NCBI GenBank assembly: GCA_022813965.1
Contig: JALDZS010000122.1
Coordinates: 1-64,000, forward strand
Direction: 5' to 3'
Source of the DNA: Toensbergia leucococca
Lineage: Eukaryota
Length of the DNA: 64,000 nt
Shown here: piece after piece, positions 28,401 to 40,200 of the stretch
Numbering within the stretch: the first letter of the stretch is position 1
Layout of the letters: each line of letters opens with the position of its first letter
Notes under the pieces: model-generated
The model's database searches: none
Told to the model about the DNA's origin: nothing
Seen by the model: the letters and a program-made list of their open reading frames with translations, nothing else
Program-made: the position numbers and the translations under genes

Positions 28401-28503
28401 GAGTCGTGGGAGGGGCAATTGGGTCATGCCTGTTGTTGAGGGTGGCTTTGAGATTTGGGTGGGGAGGAGCTCGAGAGATTTGATGAGCGCGGGTGTGTGG
28501 TAA
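25467..28503 (+). CDS. bglE: GH3 beta-glucosidase, type II membrane-anchored BglE type
   Basis: Exons 25467-25862 and 25915-28503. Cytoplasmic N-tail plus one TM, then QSPPWYP, LCLQDGPLG, GGRNWEGFG, nucleophile motif VQSDW and a C-terminal FnIII-like domain. Confidence 0.9.
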
Positions 28504-29506
28504 GTGTGGTTGCGTGTGTTGTTTTTGAGGCAGGTGGGTGCTTTGGTAGGTTGGGACTTGTATTTGTACGTGAGTAAATTTTTGCCCCCTTTACGGATGC
28601 CTGCCCTTGCTGGATGTGGCTGGTCTTGAGGGGGGTTTTTTTTTGCCATTGGGCTCGGAGGGGCAGTTTGAGAGGTGTGGCTAGCTGGTTAGCTTTTTGT
28701 ATCTTAGATAACAAAACCATTCAAAAGCACTTATTTTTTTTTTTAGATCTGGGTTGTTGGTGTGTTTGCGCGCGCGCGCGCGTGTGTGTGTATGTGTGTG
28801 GATGGTGCTTTCTCTATCATGTTCTTGGTTTTGTTTTTCGCGCTCCCTTTTTTAACTGCCATGATGATGGGATTGTGGGGAGTGCGTTTTGTTTTTTTCT
28901 TGTTATTCTTTTCGGGGGTTTTTCTCTTCTTTATGTATGTGCAGGACGTTGGGAGGGGTGTTGAGTGAGTACTCTGTTACCTCTTCCTTTCTTTTGGGCG
29001 GATTGTGGGGGAGGGGGGGGAGATATGTTCATCGCTGTGTGAAAGGGAAGGGAAAAGGGGGGGTATTTTGTTCATTCTGACACCCCCAGGGGAGCCGTTT
29101 ATGTTGAGTGGGTATCTTGAGTCTCTTTCTCCCGCATGTTCTAACAGAGTTGGGGGCGTGCCCTGTTGATGTACGGATAAACAAGTCTTGTTTTTTTTTT
29201 TTGAAGGTATTGGATTGAGGGGGACTTGGGAATGGGATTTTCTATGAGGTGGAGAGATGGAGTGGGAGGGGGAGGTCATGGTGTCCTTTGGGGAGTGTGA
29301 AATCTTTGAATTTTTTTTTTTCTTGGTTTTTCTTTTTTTGGAGAGGCTCCTGTTATTCCTATACCCCAATTTTGATAACCCTACACCCCCACCCCCTCAA
29401 TATATACCTGATTAGGCAATTATGAGGCCCGGGCGCAATGTCACGTGGGGAAAGGCGATGTTTTCACATTCAACACACCCTCATACTCCACCTCACCCTC
29501 ACTATC

Positions 29507-29602
29507 ATGCCTTTCACTCCTCCGTCGGAAGGAGAGCTGTATCCTACCTTTGCCGCCCTTAAGCTTGCTGTTAAGGAACATGCAGGATCAGAGGGATATG
29601 CG
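29507..29602 (+). pseudogene. Possible remnant of a FAR1/MULE-type N-terminal DNA-binding segment
   Basis: MPFTPPSEGELYPTFAALKLAVKEHAGSEGYA resembles the start of fungal MULE/FAR1 domains; it is followed by T-rich low-complexity sequence. Confidence 0.3.
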
Positions 29603-30424
29603 GAACCTTTTTTTATTTACTTTTCTTTTTCGGCTTTTTTTTTTTGGACTTTTGGATATTTGGGGTTGAGGCTGATGGAGAAGGTTGTGCTGATCTGACA
29701 TGCTATTTCTTTTCAGGGGGAACAAAGAATGAACGTGAAGGAGATGGATGGACTGTGTGAGGTGGGGTGTTGGTGGAATTTGTCACGTTTGTGTCTTTGA
29801 GTATTTTCTTATTTTAATGAGTGAGAAGGGGTAAAGGGAGAGAGGAAGGGGGGAAGCGGGGAAGGAAGGGGATGAAGGGTGGGATTATTCCAGCGGGTAT
29901 ATTCCCTGCTCTCAGCAGCAAGTGTGATGAACGGGGAATTTTTTGGTCCCGGGGTGGATTTTTTAATTGTTGCTGAGCTGATGCTCTGAGTGAACAGTTC
30001 TATGGTTTTTTTTTCTTGTCTTTCATATTAACCTTGTATTTTTTCTTGAAAGAGTCACAACCTTTCTCTCTCTCTCCCCCCTCCCTTTCTTTCTCCCCAC
30101 CCAAAATCACAGCAGCGCCTAGATATTATTCAGGCAGGGGGTCCTAGTAATCCCAACTTGATCAATGGATCAGCTCACCCATACAAAGTCAAGCTTCAGA
30201 CAAAAGGAATTTTGCAGCCTGCAAGCTTTATCGGAAGGAACATGGGAGAAAGGTGCGATTGGGGGGGGGTAGGGTTGGTTGGCTCTGGGGAACGAGGGTG
30301 AGAAATCAGGGTTGTGGAGGTTGGGAGGGGGGTTCGTGGATAGGGGTTTTCGGTTGGTTGTTTGGTGTCTGTTGAGTACTCCCTTCTATGATGAGGGTGC
30401 TGGTGCTGTGGATAGAGTTGTTCT

Positions 30425-30548
30425 TCTGTGGAGGCTGTTTTCTGTGGAGGCTGTTTTCTGTGGAGGCTGTTTTCTGTGGAGGCTGTTTTCTGTGGAGGCT
30501 GTTTTCTGTGGAGGCTGTTTTCTGTGGAGGCTGTTTTCTGTGGAGGCT
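30425..30548. repeat. 16-bp minisatellite (TCTGTGGAGGCTGTTT), 7 full copies plus a partial
   Basis: Perfect tandem copies read directly; they produce the spurious repetitive ORFs 30279-30629 and 30388-30582. Confidence 0.95.
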
Positions 30549-31219
30549 TGGATTGATGCTTATGATGACAGGGAGTTTATAGAGGCTGGAGTGCGGAGTG
30601 TCGATAGCAGGAGTCTTGGATACCTTTGATTGATTTTTGATTATCTGCCTCGAAACGATGTCGATGGGAGCGTGTGTCTGTTTTGGTTGCTTTGGGAGGG
30701 TAGATGAGAATTACTTCTTTATCTGATGGAATCTGGTCTTGAATGCCACTTAAAATGCTGAACGATAAAGATATCGAAAGCTTGGAAGCTCGATTCGTGG
30801 CTGTATGGATGGTAAGAGATAATAAATCAAAGACCAGCGGGCGGATAGGTTGAGGGTGGTGATCTCGATTCATAACTGAATGTGATGCGGCGTTTTTGGA
30901 ATCAGAATGCAAGGAGAGGCGGGTGAATGGACAAGTCGAGAGTCAGAGTCGTTGTGGACTTCAGGCCCTCGAGATATAAAACCAATCCTCCACAGCCTTT
31001 CTAGTTCTTTTTTCTCGACACTTATCAACACTCGATTCTTGTCAACACTCGAGACTTGTCGAACACCTCAACTACCATTGACCGCGGTACCTCCCCTTGA
31101 CTTCTCTCAATCACCATCACCAAAAGCTCTCCCACACCTCTCGTACAAGTCTTCAATCCTCCATCCAGCTCCCACAGACCCCCTCATCAACCCCATAAAA
31201 CACACCCACCTCAGCAACC

Positions 31220-31585
31220 ATGGCCCGAAACTCACAACTCACCGAAGAAGAAGAAGAAGCCTTCTTCGCCCAAAAAGAAGACGAACGCATCGCCCAAAAA
31301 AAAGAAGAATCCAGAGCCCGAAAAGCACACGATCAAGCCATAGCCAGCCTCCTCCCCATCGACAGCGAACAAAAGTCCAAAATTGCCGAAGTGCTGCGCC
31401 TGTGGCCAGGACAATACGAGCGGTGGACTTGTAAGGGACCCGGTCGGTTCGGGGGAGGGTATTTGTATCTTACTGATATTATGGAGAATTATCAGCCGGG
31501 GCACTGGATATGGGGGGAGAAGGAGGAATGTGCGGTTTGGGTGTGTGATAGACCTGCGACAGTCCCGAGACCTCTATTGAGATGA
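31220..31585 (+). CDS. Small orphan hypothetical protein (121 aa)
   Basis: Good start context (CAACCATGG), TATAAAA near 30975, charged helical N-terminus, aromatic-rich C-terminus. Confidence 0.55.
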   Translation: MARNSQLTEEEEEAFFAQKEDERIAQKKEESRARKAHDQAIASLLPIDSEQKSKIAEVLRLWPGQYERWTCKGPGRFGGGYLYLTDIMENYQPGHWIWGEKEECAVWVCDRPATVPRPLLR

Positions 31586-32009
31586 GAATGTCGAGATGGG
31601 CCTAGTCGGCGGATTGAGAGGATTATTGGTGGGAACGAGTGCCTCTATTCTGGGAGCTGACTCTTGTATGCTTCTTATTGGAATCTGCACCGAGTGTCAG
31701 GCTCGGGTGAAGATGCGATCTTAGACTTGAGGAAAGCGGTTGGCTCTTAGCATTGACAACAAATTCATGAATCTTCAAGGTGACAGTGTAAATGAATCGA
31801 AAAATGAAGGGGCAAGAGTCATTGAGATCTTCTCTTCCGCGACTTAAAAGCTCACAATCCCTACCTCAATCTACCCTTCTCCTCGACACTTTCTCCCACA
31901 TCCCTACCGTAAGCCCACGCCACTCGCAACGACATCACATCCTCATCGGATTTCAAGTCATCTCCACTCTCAAATCAATCACACCACTCCAGCCGGCAAG
32001 ACAGCAATC

Positions 32010-32462
32010 ATGAACAAGCAGCCAAACGCAAGTGGACCGTCCAAGAACGATCTGCAGAAGGACGAGCCGGCAAGATCCAAGCCAGCCAAGCCCGGCCCTG
32101 CCGAAACTGCAAAGGAAGACACACCAGAATTCGACGAAGAAACAGGCTTTTGGTTCTTCCCAGAGCATAAAGAGCAGGCCAAAGCAGAATTAGCCGCACA
32201 TCCAGGAGACGAGGTACTCTGGACCTATTTCGATGCACACGACGTGGAGAGAAAGCCGCGCTGGGTCACGTTCCATGATATTAAGCACGACAAGCAGTGT
32301 GGATTTTGTGGGTTTGGATTACAAGGAGCTGAAATGGGAAGCGATCATTCGTACCTTGTCATTGAGCCAGGTGTGTACTTTATGGGTGGAACCAATATTT
32401 GGCTTCTTGAATCAGAGCCTGTCTCCGTCGGTAGGACCGCTCCAAAGTCAGGCGAGAACTAG
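32010..32462 (+). CDS. Small orphan hypothetical protein (150 aa)
   Basis: Start context CAATCATGA after a pyrimidine-rich leader; disordered N-terminus and a CGFC motif. Confidence 0.55.
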   Translation: MNKQPNASGPSKNDLQKDEPARSKPAKPGPAETAKEDTPEFDEETGFWFFPEHKEQAKAELAAHPGDEVLWTYFDAHDVERKPRWVTFHDIKHDKQCGFCGFGLQGAEMGSDHSYLVIEPGVYFMGGTNIWLLESEPVSVGRTAPKSGEN

Positions 32463-33579
32463 GATCTCAATTGTGGGATACGTGCTTAGTTGGAGGCGAG
32501 AACGCTGGCATGTGTGCGCATGCGTATTTTGGACTTTTGTTAAGCAGGTGGATGTACTACTCGGTCTCTGGAAGAGTTAGTCAATGTATGCTCCTTGATT
32601 TGAGTCCAGGATCAGAAATAGATGGCTATGAGATTAAACGTAACAAGAAATATATCGAATCACAACCATCACTTCTCTAAATCTGCCCGCTGTTGAAACG
32701 GGAATAAAGACTTGGAAAATTCCTATTTCTTGATAGTTCCTTTCCCTCGACTTCAGAATCAAATCTTTTCAGCTGTGCAGTCCTTCTCCAACATTCGCCA
32801 TCACAAGGGAGAATAAGGTATACGCTTCTTGAAACGTACCTTTGTATCCTTCAAAACAGCTATCATCGACGAATTTCTCTGCACAATTCTGACGGCTAGA
32901 ATAACTTCTTCGTAGAGATGAGCCAAATCTTTCAAAATTCACAGAACGCGTGAAGGCCATTCGGAAAATATAGTCGTCGAAATACAGCCCTGAAGGATTA
33001 GGCCCACCCACGCTGAGCTTACCAGCGACGAAAAGCCCAACGACGAGTCCAGCAACGAGGATTATGTAATTGACAACTCCAATGTGAATCTCTTGTTGGA
33101 TCGGTCACCCCCACAAGCTAATGAAGTAAGCAGAAGCTAAAGCCGACTTGGCCGCTCATCAAGAATCGATTTCCTTTGGACTTGGTACTATTTAGATACC
33201 TAGTCATGATCCACGGCGGGTAATATTCCGGGAAGCTATTCCGAATAAGCAACTAAGGCCGTGTATTTTGATAAGATCACTAGGAGCCCTAGTGGGCCCA
33301 AAGTATGCTTCCTGGACTGATGATTTGTAACCAGAGTATGCAGTTGAAGAGCTTGCTAATAGTCAGTGAAGACTTGAGGGTATTGGCATAAGCGTGCATG
33401 CATGGCTGATGATTCTCTGGTAGATTAGCGAATTTGTTGATTCATGATTGAAAATGTCTCTCTGCCGTGAACGAGTACAGCTACGCGGTTTTAACTCAGC
33501 TTGTATCTACACAGCCTCGACTGAGGTGACTGCAGAAATAGGTAGACTAGACAAGGATTGGAAAATGAAAGTTCTCGCT

Positions 33580-34302
33580 CTACAGTACAGATAGATCTCC
33601 AAATTTCTCCTATGAGTAGCATTAGCATACGACCTTCGCTCAGATAATGAGTCTAGCATCCATACCTTGTACCCTGGAACCTGCCAGCGCCCCTTGGACA
33701 CAAGCTGTGACGTGCGCTCATCGATATCAGGTCTCGCAGCAACAACCTCATCCTAAGAGCGCATTCCGAGTTAGGTCACATTCTCATTCCCAGCCTCACC
33801 GTACATATTAGACTTACCACTGTCAAATCCTCAAATGGCCTCGCCTCCTCAATATTTGTCAGTGTTTTCTCCAAATCCTTTAGTTCTGCGTCCACCGCCC
33901 CCTTAGTCTCTTGCGCGCTCTTTATCGCCTGGGCCTCAAACGCCTCAATGGCCTTTATCTGCCTGCCCACATCATATGTTTTTGGCTTGAACTGCTTGAA
34001 ATGGTTCTCAATCTCGTCGACGACTGCGGTGTTTTTGAGTTGAGAGCGGTAGGATGCAAAGTCGACGGTTTGGGGACTGTCACTGAGAAGCTGCACTTTG
34101 CGGCGGATATCGTCATTGCGCTTTTTAAAGGCTGCGAGGGCCGTCGCAGTCTGACCTTTGAGGCCAAGAGAAGTGCCGATTTTGGCCCAATCGATTTTCA
34201 GGGCAGCACTGCGCTGGAGAGAATAGTAGATAAATTAGCAGGCCGAGAGACTCAGTGCTTTGTGCTAGGATGGCCAAAAAGATGACTTACACCAACTGCC
34301 AT
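33580..34302 (-). CDS. ATP7: Mitochondrial ATP synthase subunit d
   Basis: Exons 34302-34291, 34213-33818, 33752-33666, 33609-33580: [17 protein letters not shown]...[12 protein letters not shown]...[18 protein letters not shown]. Confidence 0.97.
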
Positions 34303-34717
34303 GTTTCTAGAGGTGATATGCGATTTAGGAGGGTAATGGTTGGTAAAGTGAAGTTAAAGTCGAGTTTCCAGTCCAGGGAATAGCTTGAGGTTACATCACG
34401 TGATGTCGCTATTCAACAGTGCACGAGCCATAAATTCCTTCCGAGGAGGCTTTTCGCAGCAATCACGGTGTATCTTCAGAGCTTCAATTTGAATTTACGA
34501 CAAGTTGGATTGATTTCGATTTTTAATCATTCGGAAGAATTTGTAGAACTTTTAGGACGTTCGTCCCCTGCCTATTTACTTGTAACATCCTACAAGCTGA
34601 AGCAGCCTCGAACGTATCGAGAACTTCAAGGCATCATGTAATTCTGCTTGTTGATGTGTACTTAATGATAGAAATAACATGCTCGCTGTAGCTTTACCAG
34701 GTAGATCAATGCAACCT

Positions 34718-35569
34718 CTACATGCTGACTGACATTATTGCATTGACAATATCTTGCTGGTTCTGTGCTTTCTGTTAGGATAATACAAGGAACACTTCGT
34801 GAAAGTCACTCACTTCTTGCAATGCCTTGACAGCTTTCTTCCTCGAGACACTAGCTTGAGCCATGACAAGTTCAATGTCTTTTGCCTCCAATCCAGTATC
34901 ATCAACTTCTTCTCCATCGTCCTCATCTTCGTCTTTCTTTGCGTCCCCTGAGTCAATAGCCTTGCCTTTATCGTGTGAGTGATCGTGGCCCGCATGTGGA
35001 TCCCCGTTACCAGAGCTTGCGTTTTGGGTGAGCCCCTTGACGGCTTCATTGGCGCCTTGCTGGCTCAGATCTTCAATCTTGGCTTCACCAAAGATACTGT
35101 AATGAATTATGAGCGAGCCTTAGAGCAAATAACCATGTTGACAAAACCTACATCCAAGTGTTGCTTGTTGGGGATTTGTAGACATCTGGTTGGCTGATGA
35201 CGAAGAGAATCTAATTTCCGATTCAGCTCCAGCACTTTCTTGATATCGTGTAGACTTATATCCGATATGTTTATGTCTATAGTAGACTACTCGACTCTTT
35301 TGGAAGGGACGTTGCCTTACATTCTTTGGTCTCCTTAAAGTGACCCTTGTGATGCCCGGCACATGTTTCAGCCCCAACTTCGCAATTGACTTCCTAGCTT
35401 TCTTCTCATTACGAGAATGTACGGTAACGGAAGACCCAGCTGGTATTCCAGCTTCTTCAGCGGCGGCTTCAACTTCATCGGAATCCGAGCTACTTGATGC
35501 ATCATCTACCTCAGCGCCTTTCTTCGCTGGTGGGTCGTCCGGTAGCTCTTCTATGCGTGGGTTTGACAT
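34718..35569 (-). CDS. EGD2: Nascent polypeptide-associated complex alpha subunit
   Basis: MSNPRIEEL...[10 protein letters not shown]...[18 protein letters not shown]...IFGEAKIED, then a UBA domain ending [11 protein letters not shown]; three introns. Confidence 0.97.
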
Positions 35570-36124
35570 AATGGGTTCTGTTATGCATTAAGACAGAACA
35601 TGTTAGCTGGCTTTCTTAAATCTCAAAAAATGAACAAAGTACAGGCAGGCAAAGAAATAATAGCATTTGGAGCTTGCAATCTCTGGTGGAAGGGCACAAA
35701 ACACTAGAAGCAAAAGCGAGATAGACCAGAGTCTTGTAAAATACCTTAATACGAGCAGAAGGCGTTGGGAGAGAATCGAAGTGATGGACACTTTGTTTAT
35801 GCGCATTGGAAGCAAATGCTGTGTGATCGACCGCCTTCCGAAGTCGCGCTAGATCCAAAAATCTTGGCATTCGTGAAGTCCACTTTTCAGATTGCTCTTA
35901 AGACGTGAATTCAAGGTTAATGGAATTGTAGAATTCATGAAGGCGAAATCTGCTACGAGGATAGGAAGCATTTCAAAATTCACAGAGGCCTGGGCTTATA
36001 TGCGAACGAGTTGTAAACCGCCTTGATGTCACGAAGAGCTCTTTGATGCTAGACTACAAGATCATTTGCTTGTAACACGTTACTTGAGACCCACTCCGTA
36101 AATCTATCCCTTGAAATCGACCAC

Positions 36125-36745
36125 TCATGATGCTTTCGCCGACGATCGTACCTTGGCGTGGGCTTTGCGTATCTCAAAACGTGCCTGCAGATATGGTATG
36201 ATCAGCTTGAATCCTCTGAAAGATACAACACATTGTCCGAAGACCTGTCTCGCAATTGGATTGAGGAGTCCCGGCCCTTGAATACATATGGTGTGCGTAC
36301 CTGTTTTCTCAATCTCAAGACCTTGAATCGCTCAAAGTCTGATAATCCACCTCTTCGCTCTCTCTGTTCCCGCTTCTTTGCCCAAGTGCTCTCATCCCAT
36401 TTCTGCTCGATCCCTTCCTTCTCCCAAGCTTTCTTGACCGCACCTGTGCCAGCCGCGCGAGGTAACTTTGGAATGACAATAGGAGTGAGTATGATATTGG
36501 CTAAAGAGATGGCATGTCGTGGGACAGCGGCTTTTTCTTTTGATGATGGTCCGTCCACGAGTGCCTGACACAAATGTTAATGCAAGAAGAGTTCAGGACT
36601 TTTTACGATAGTAACTCACGCGCTTGTGATCAATTATCTCGACGATTACTGCGAGGCGGCCGGCATGAGGGCCATGCATGAAGAGTACGACTCGTCCAAC
36701 TTCGACCAACCTCCACGTCGAGGCTTGAACATCGATCTCCGCCAT
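36125..36745 (-). CDS. RPL14: 60S ribosomal protein L14 (eL14)
   Basis: [10 protein letters not shown]...[15 protein letters not shown]...LSDFERFKV...[13 protein letters not shown]. Two CDS introns and a probable 5'UTR intron at 36760-36821. Confidence 0.97.
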
Positions 36746-38489
36746 TGCAATGAGATGTACTATAGGTATGATTGTCAAAAGATATCCGAGGTGCGCGATA
36801 GTGAAAGCTAGGATCACTTACCACCTATGTTACTGGCGGGATATCTGTTGTTAGAGTCAGGAATTCTTAATCTTGAGGTTGCGGTATTCATACGCTAGCG
36901 GACTGTGTGCCGAGCTCGGCTAATTCTGCAGGAGATTCGAATTTCAGCCGCACCATCTTTCTTTTTTCAGATCCTTTGCAACTTTGTTTTTCATCTTCCA
37001 CATCGCACAATTATATCGCCCATTCACTCCGTACAACGTGTCTGTCTCTGATGATGAACTGCTACTCATTATGAGTGGTGCGCTTTTGTAAGTACTATCT
37101 ATTATTACTCTGCTCCACATGCATAATTTACATGATGCTTTAAATTTGCGATTGACCTCATACCGTGGAACTCTCGCCGGAGTATCCATTACGGATCTGG
37201 GGATGTGATATTCAATCTTACATATTCTGACCTACCCTCTCAACTTAATTTGTGGACTATGTAATCTTTTACAGTCATTCGCTGATGATCATAGTTACTA
37301 AGTCTTAGTATCCAGTCTCACAGTTGACTGCTCACTGAGGTGGCATAAATCCAGCTGTTACGACTGTGTCTGAAAACTGCAAATCATAGAAAAGGTAAGC
37401 TTCCTTACTTTTCAGCGCTCTTGTGATCTTCGTCCTGCCCAATGATTACACAACACAAGCACTAGATAGTAAGTGATTCCTTCGGGGCATGATCATATCT
37501 TGTAACACCAAGATCGCTGAGGGCACACCATCAATACTCCAATCATGATTTATGTTGTGTTTTCGACACGTGCTAACTATAGCCCACGCGCAAGTGTAGG
37601 TACAACCTGAAGCCACTATTCTCAAGGCCACGATCTTAATATTGTCAGAAACAGACTTATGCCTAAGCGTTGGCAGTACAAACCTTAGCACGAGCCGTTG
37701 TTGTAACATAGAATATCGCTATTCCCCCAACAGAACTGCAATTTTATCAAGTCTTCAAGTACACATGGATCCATCCTCAAGCACAGAGTAAACGGCAATA
37801 CAGCATAGTACCACAGTGGTCAATATCTCAACCCTCGTCAACTGCTCTCTAGGTACCTCTGTGGTGATGAGACTTCCATTTGGAAACAACTGTCAACTCA
37901 GAGACAATGCTATATTTACACTCGACGTCCGTTGTGTCTTCTCAAATAGAGTCTGGTCAATAGTAGTACTAGTATGAGAACACGCAGGATTCATCATGAA
38001 CAACATTCCTTCACCTTCAATCTCTTCATCTCGTTGTCAAGAAGAAGTGAGGATTTCAAGCATCTGCGTAGATTTTGAGAGCGAAGATGAATTGAAGAAG
38101 CAGGACGGAACATGCAATGTGCTGCCGGTGGAGGAGATCAAGATGCAGCGAATCTTCTAAAGAGAATCTGAAGCGTTCGGCACGGGTGTCCCTATTGAAA
38201 GACTCAGGAGGATATTCTGACAACGTGACATATCCGGGCTTTCACCCCATTGACACCTGCAAAGTCTTGTTCGCCGCCTGTCCAGCCGCCTGTCCAGCTT
38301 CAAGGTCTGATCCTCTATCCTCCCGATACGGAGTACTACTGAGGAGCATATCAAGCCTCGGAGACATTCCTTAACACTAGACAGGCAGATCAAGCTGCCA
38401 AGGATCGGGAGCTAAACGTTCAAGAGGGATGTCTAAGACTTGAGAGGATGCCCAGAGAACGAGAGTAAGGTGAAGAAAAGAACAAAATT

Positions 38490-38835
38490 GATGAAAGTTG
38501 AGAATTAAGATAAGGAGTAATCACTACGGTGATCACTATTCCTCCAATCATCTGACGGAAAGCTGATGTATTTACAATGCTCTCTGAGTCAATGTAAAAA
38601 ATTAGACTTCAAGACAGTGCATAACCTGTTTTGTCATGCCAAGCGGAGCGTCAGCATATCTGATCATGATCTCAAGCATGAATTCAGAAGTTATGATCAT
38701 GCTATTGAGATGTGTGACTACCTTTCTACAAATCATGAGCGTACTGCAGTCAACAGCTATCTTTCACCCAGCGCTGATGAAGATCATTCAAGTATTATCA
38801 CAATCAATTCATCAGTCCTCAGTTCGGCTGACTGA
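38490..38835 (+). pseudogene. Degenerate AHC1-like C2H2 zinc-finger remnant
   Basis: LQSSDGKLMYLQCSLSQCKKLDFKTVHNLFCH...HEFRSYDHAIEMC matches the pattern SDG-x4-L-x-C..C-x3-F-x7-H...H...F.S.D.A...C. In-frame TAA/TGA stops lie just upstream and the sequence is AT-shifted. Confidence 0.4.
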
Positions 38836-40200
38836 TACGGCGTTGCTTTTTTAGTCTGTATCCTCGAAGCCTTCGGCGTAGGCTTTCCACACCCGTTTCC
38901 GCGCCAAGCCTATCCTATATTAATGAATATGCTAGGTCATGGCTGAGGAAATTGGGTGTTGATCAAAGCTAATTATTGGAAAGCACTTATAGAACTCTGA
39001 AGTCCCAGCTGAAGCACAGCTGAGACGACATCTTGAATTATTGCTAACTTTTCCATGACACATTAACGGCAGAGCAGCGCCATGAATGGAGTATTCCCAA
39101 TTCCCTTTAAAACTTGTCGTGGGTCTCAATGACTGAGCCGGGATTGAAGAGGAGTTTTGTCTCAGGTTCCTCTCATTTAAGATGATCGAATCCTCCAACT
39201 TTTGCACCTTTGCCTGAGAGGCTCATTGTTATTTTGTCTCGCACGACTCCGGACGTTCCAACGGAGTAGATTGCACTGAACGGGGGATGAGATAGGTATG
39301 TACTCACGTATGAAGTAGTCGCCATACTTGTTTCTGAGACTCTTGCACGTATTTGTTGAGAAGATCCGATGCTTCAGTCTTGAGTTTTAGGTCACTTGAC
39401 TCGGCTCTAGTAGGCTGGCCTTCGATACCTCCCTCGATGATCTGTGCAAGAGATGTGCTACCGATTCTGACAAGGTGAAGATGAGATATTTTTGGTCTTG
39501 TTGAGACAACTCTCAAGCGGGATCTTCGCTGACACATCTTCCTTAACATGGGCTTTCGATTTCGTGCGATGCTCCCCAATGCTGAGCTTTTCAAGTTCTT
39601 CGGTACTTATACATACCAATGAACTGCTGAACACAAACCAAATACATCCATGGAAGTACTAATTGCAACATTGGACCCAGAATTGAAGTTGATTCGGGTT
39701 CTGTCCATCCAAGTTCTAGGTAGGTCTACACGCTTCGTAGGCATGAAGATGGGGTGTTTGTCTTCGCCATGACTGTTCTAAAGTAAGTCCAACAGGCCTG
39801 CAAAGAGGAGGCACAATAGGAGAGACTCATGGCAGTCATGAAATGAAGATCCCGCCTGTTCAAGCCATGTATCGACAAGATAATCAGGCTTGCCTCAGCT
39901 TGAATGACGGGAGCCAGAGATTGAGGTACTCAGATATTGCCCTATCGACCAATCACTCTGATACTCCACTTGCCAGCCAGCCAATTTTCACGGAATTGTT
40001 GCGTCTCATGGAAGTGCGGTCACTTCTTGGCTCGACCTGAGAAAAGACCTATGAAGTGGCTATCGTACACAAGAGGTAGGTCATTGAACCAGAAATTCGA
40101 AATTTGGTTTTCCCAGCTGGGACAACATTGGTCAAGCAAATCCATGAACTTATTGCACGCACGCTTGATATTAGGAAGGTCATAATGCGGTACAGCCTAC

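Noticed and set aside
29925..29960. Sm-site-like AATTTTTTGG (possible snRNA)
   Set aside because: No recognisable snRNA sequence or structure around it; lies in a T/G-rich skew tract.
30425..30548. CRISPR-like array
   Set aside because: Head-to-tail repeats with no spacers, no cas genes, eukaryotic context.
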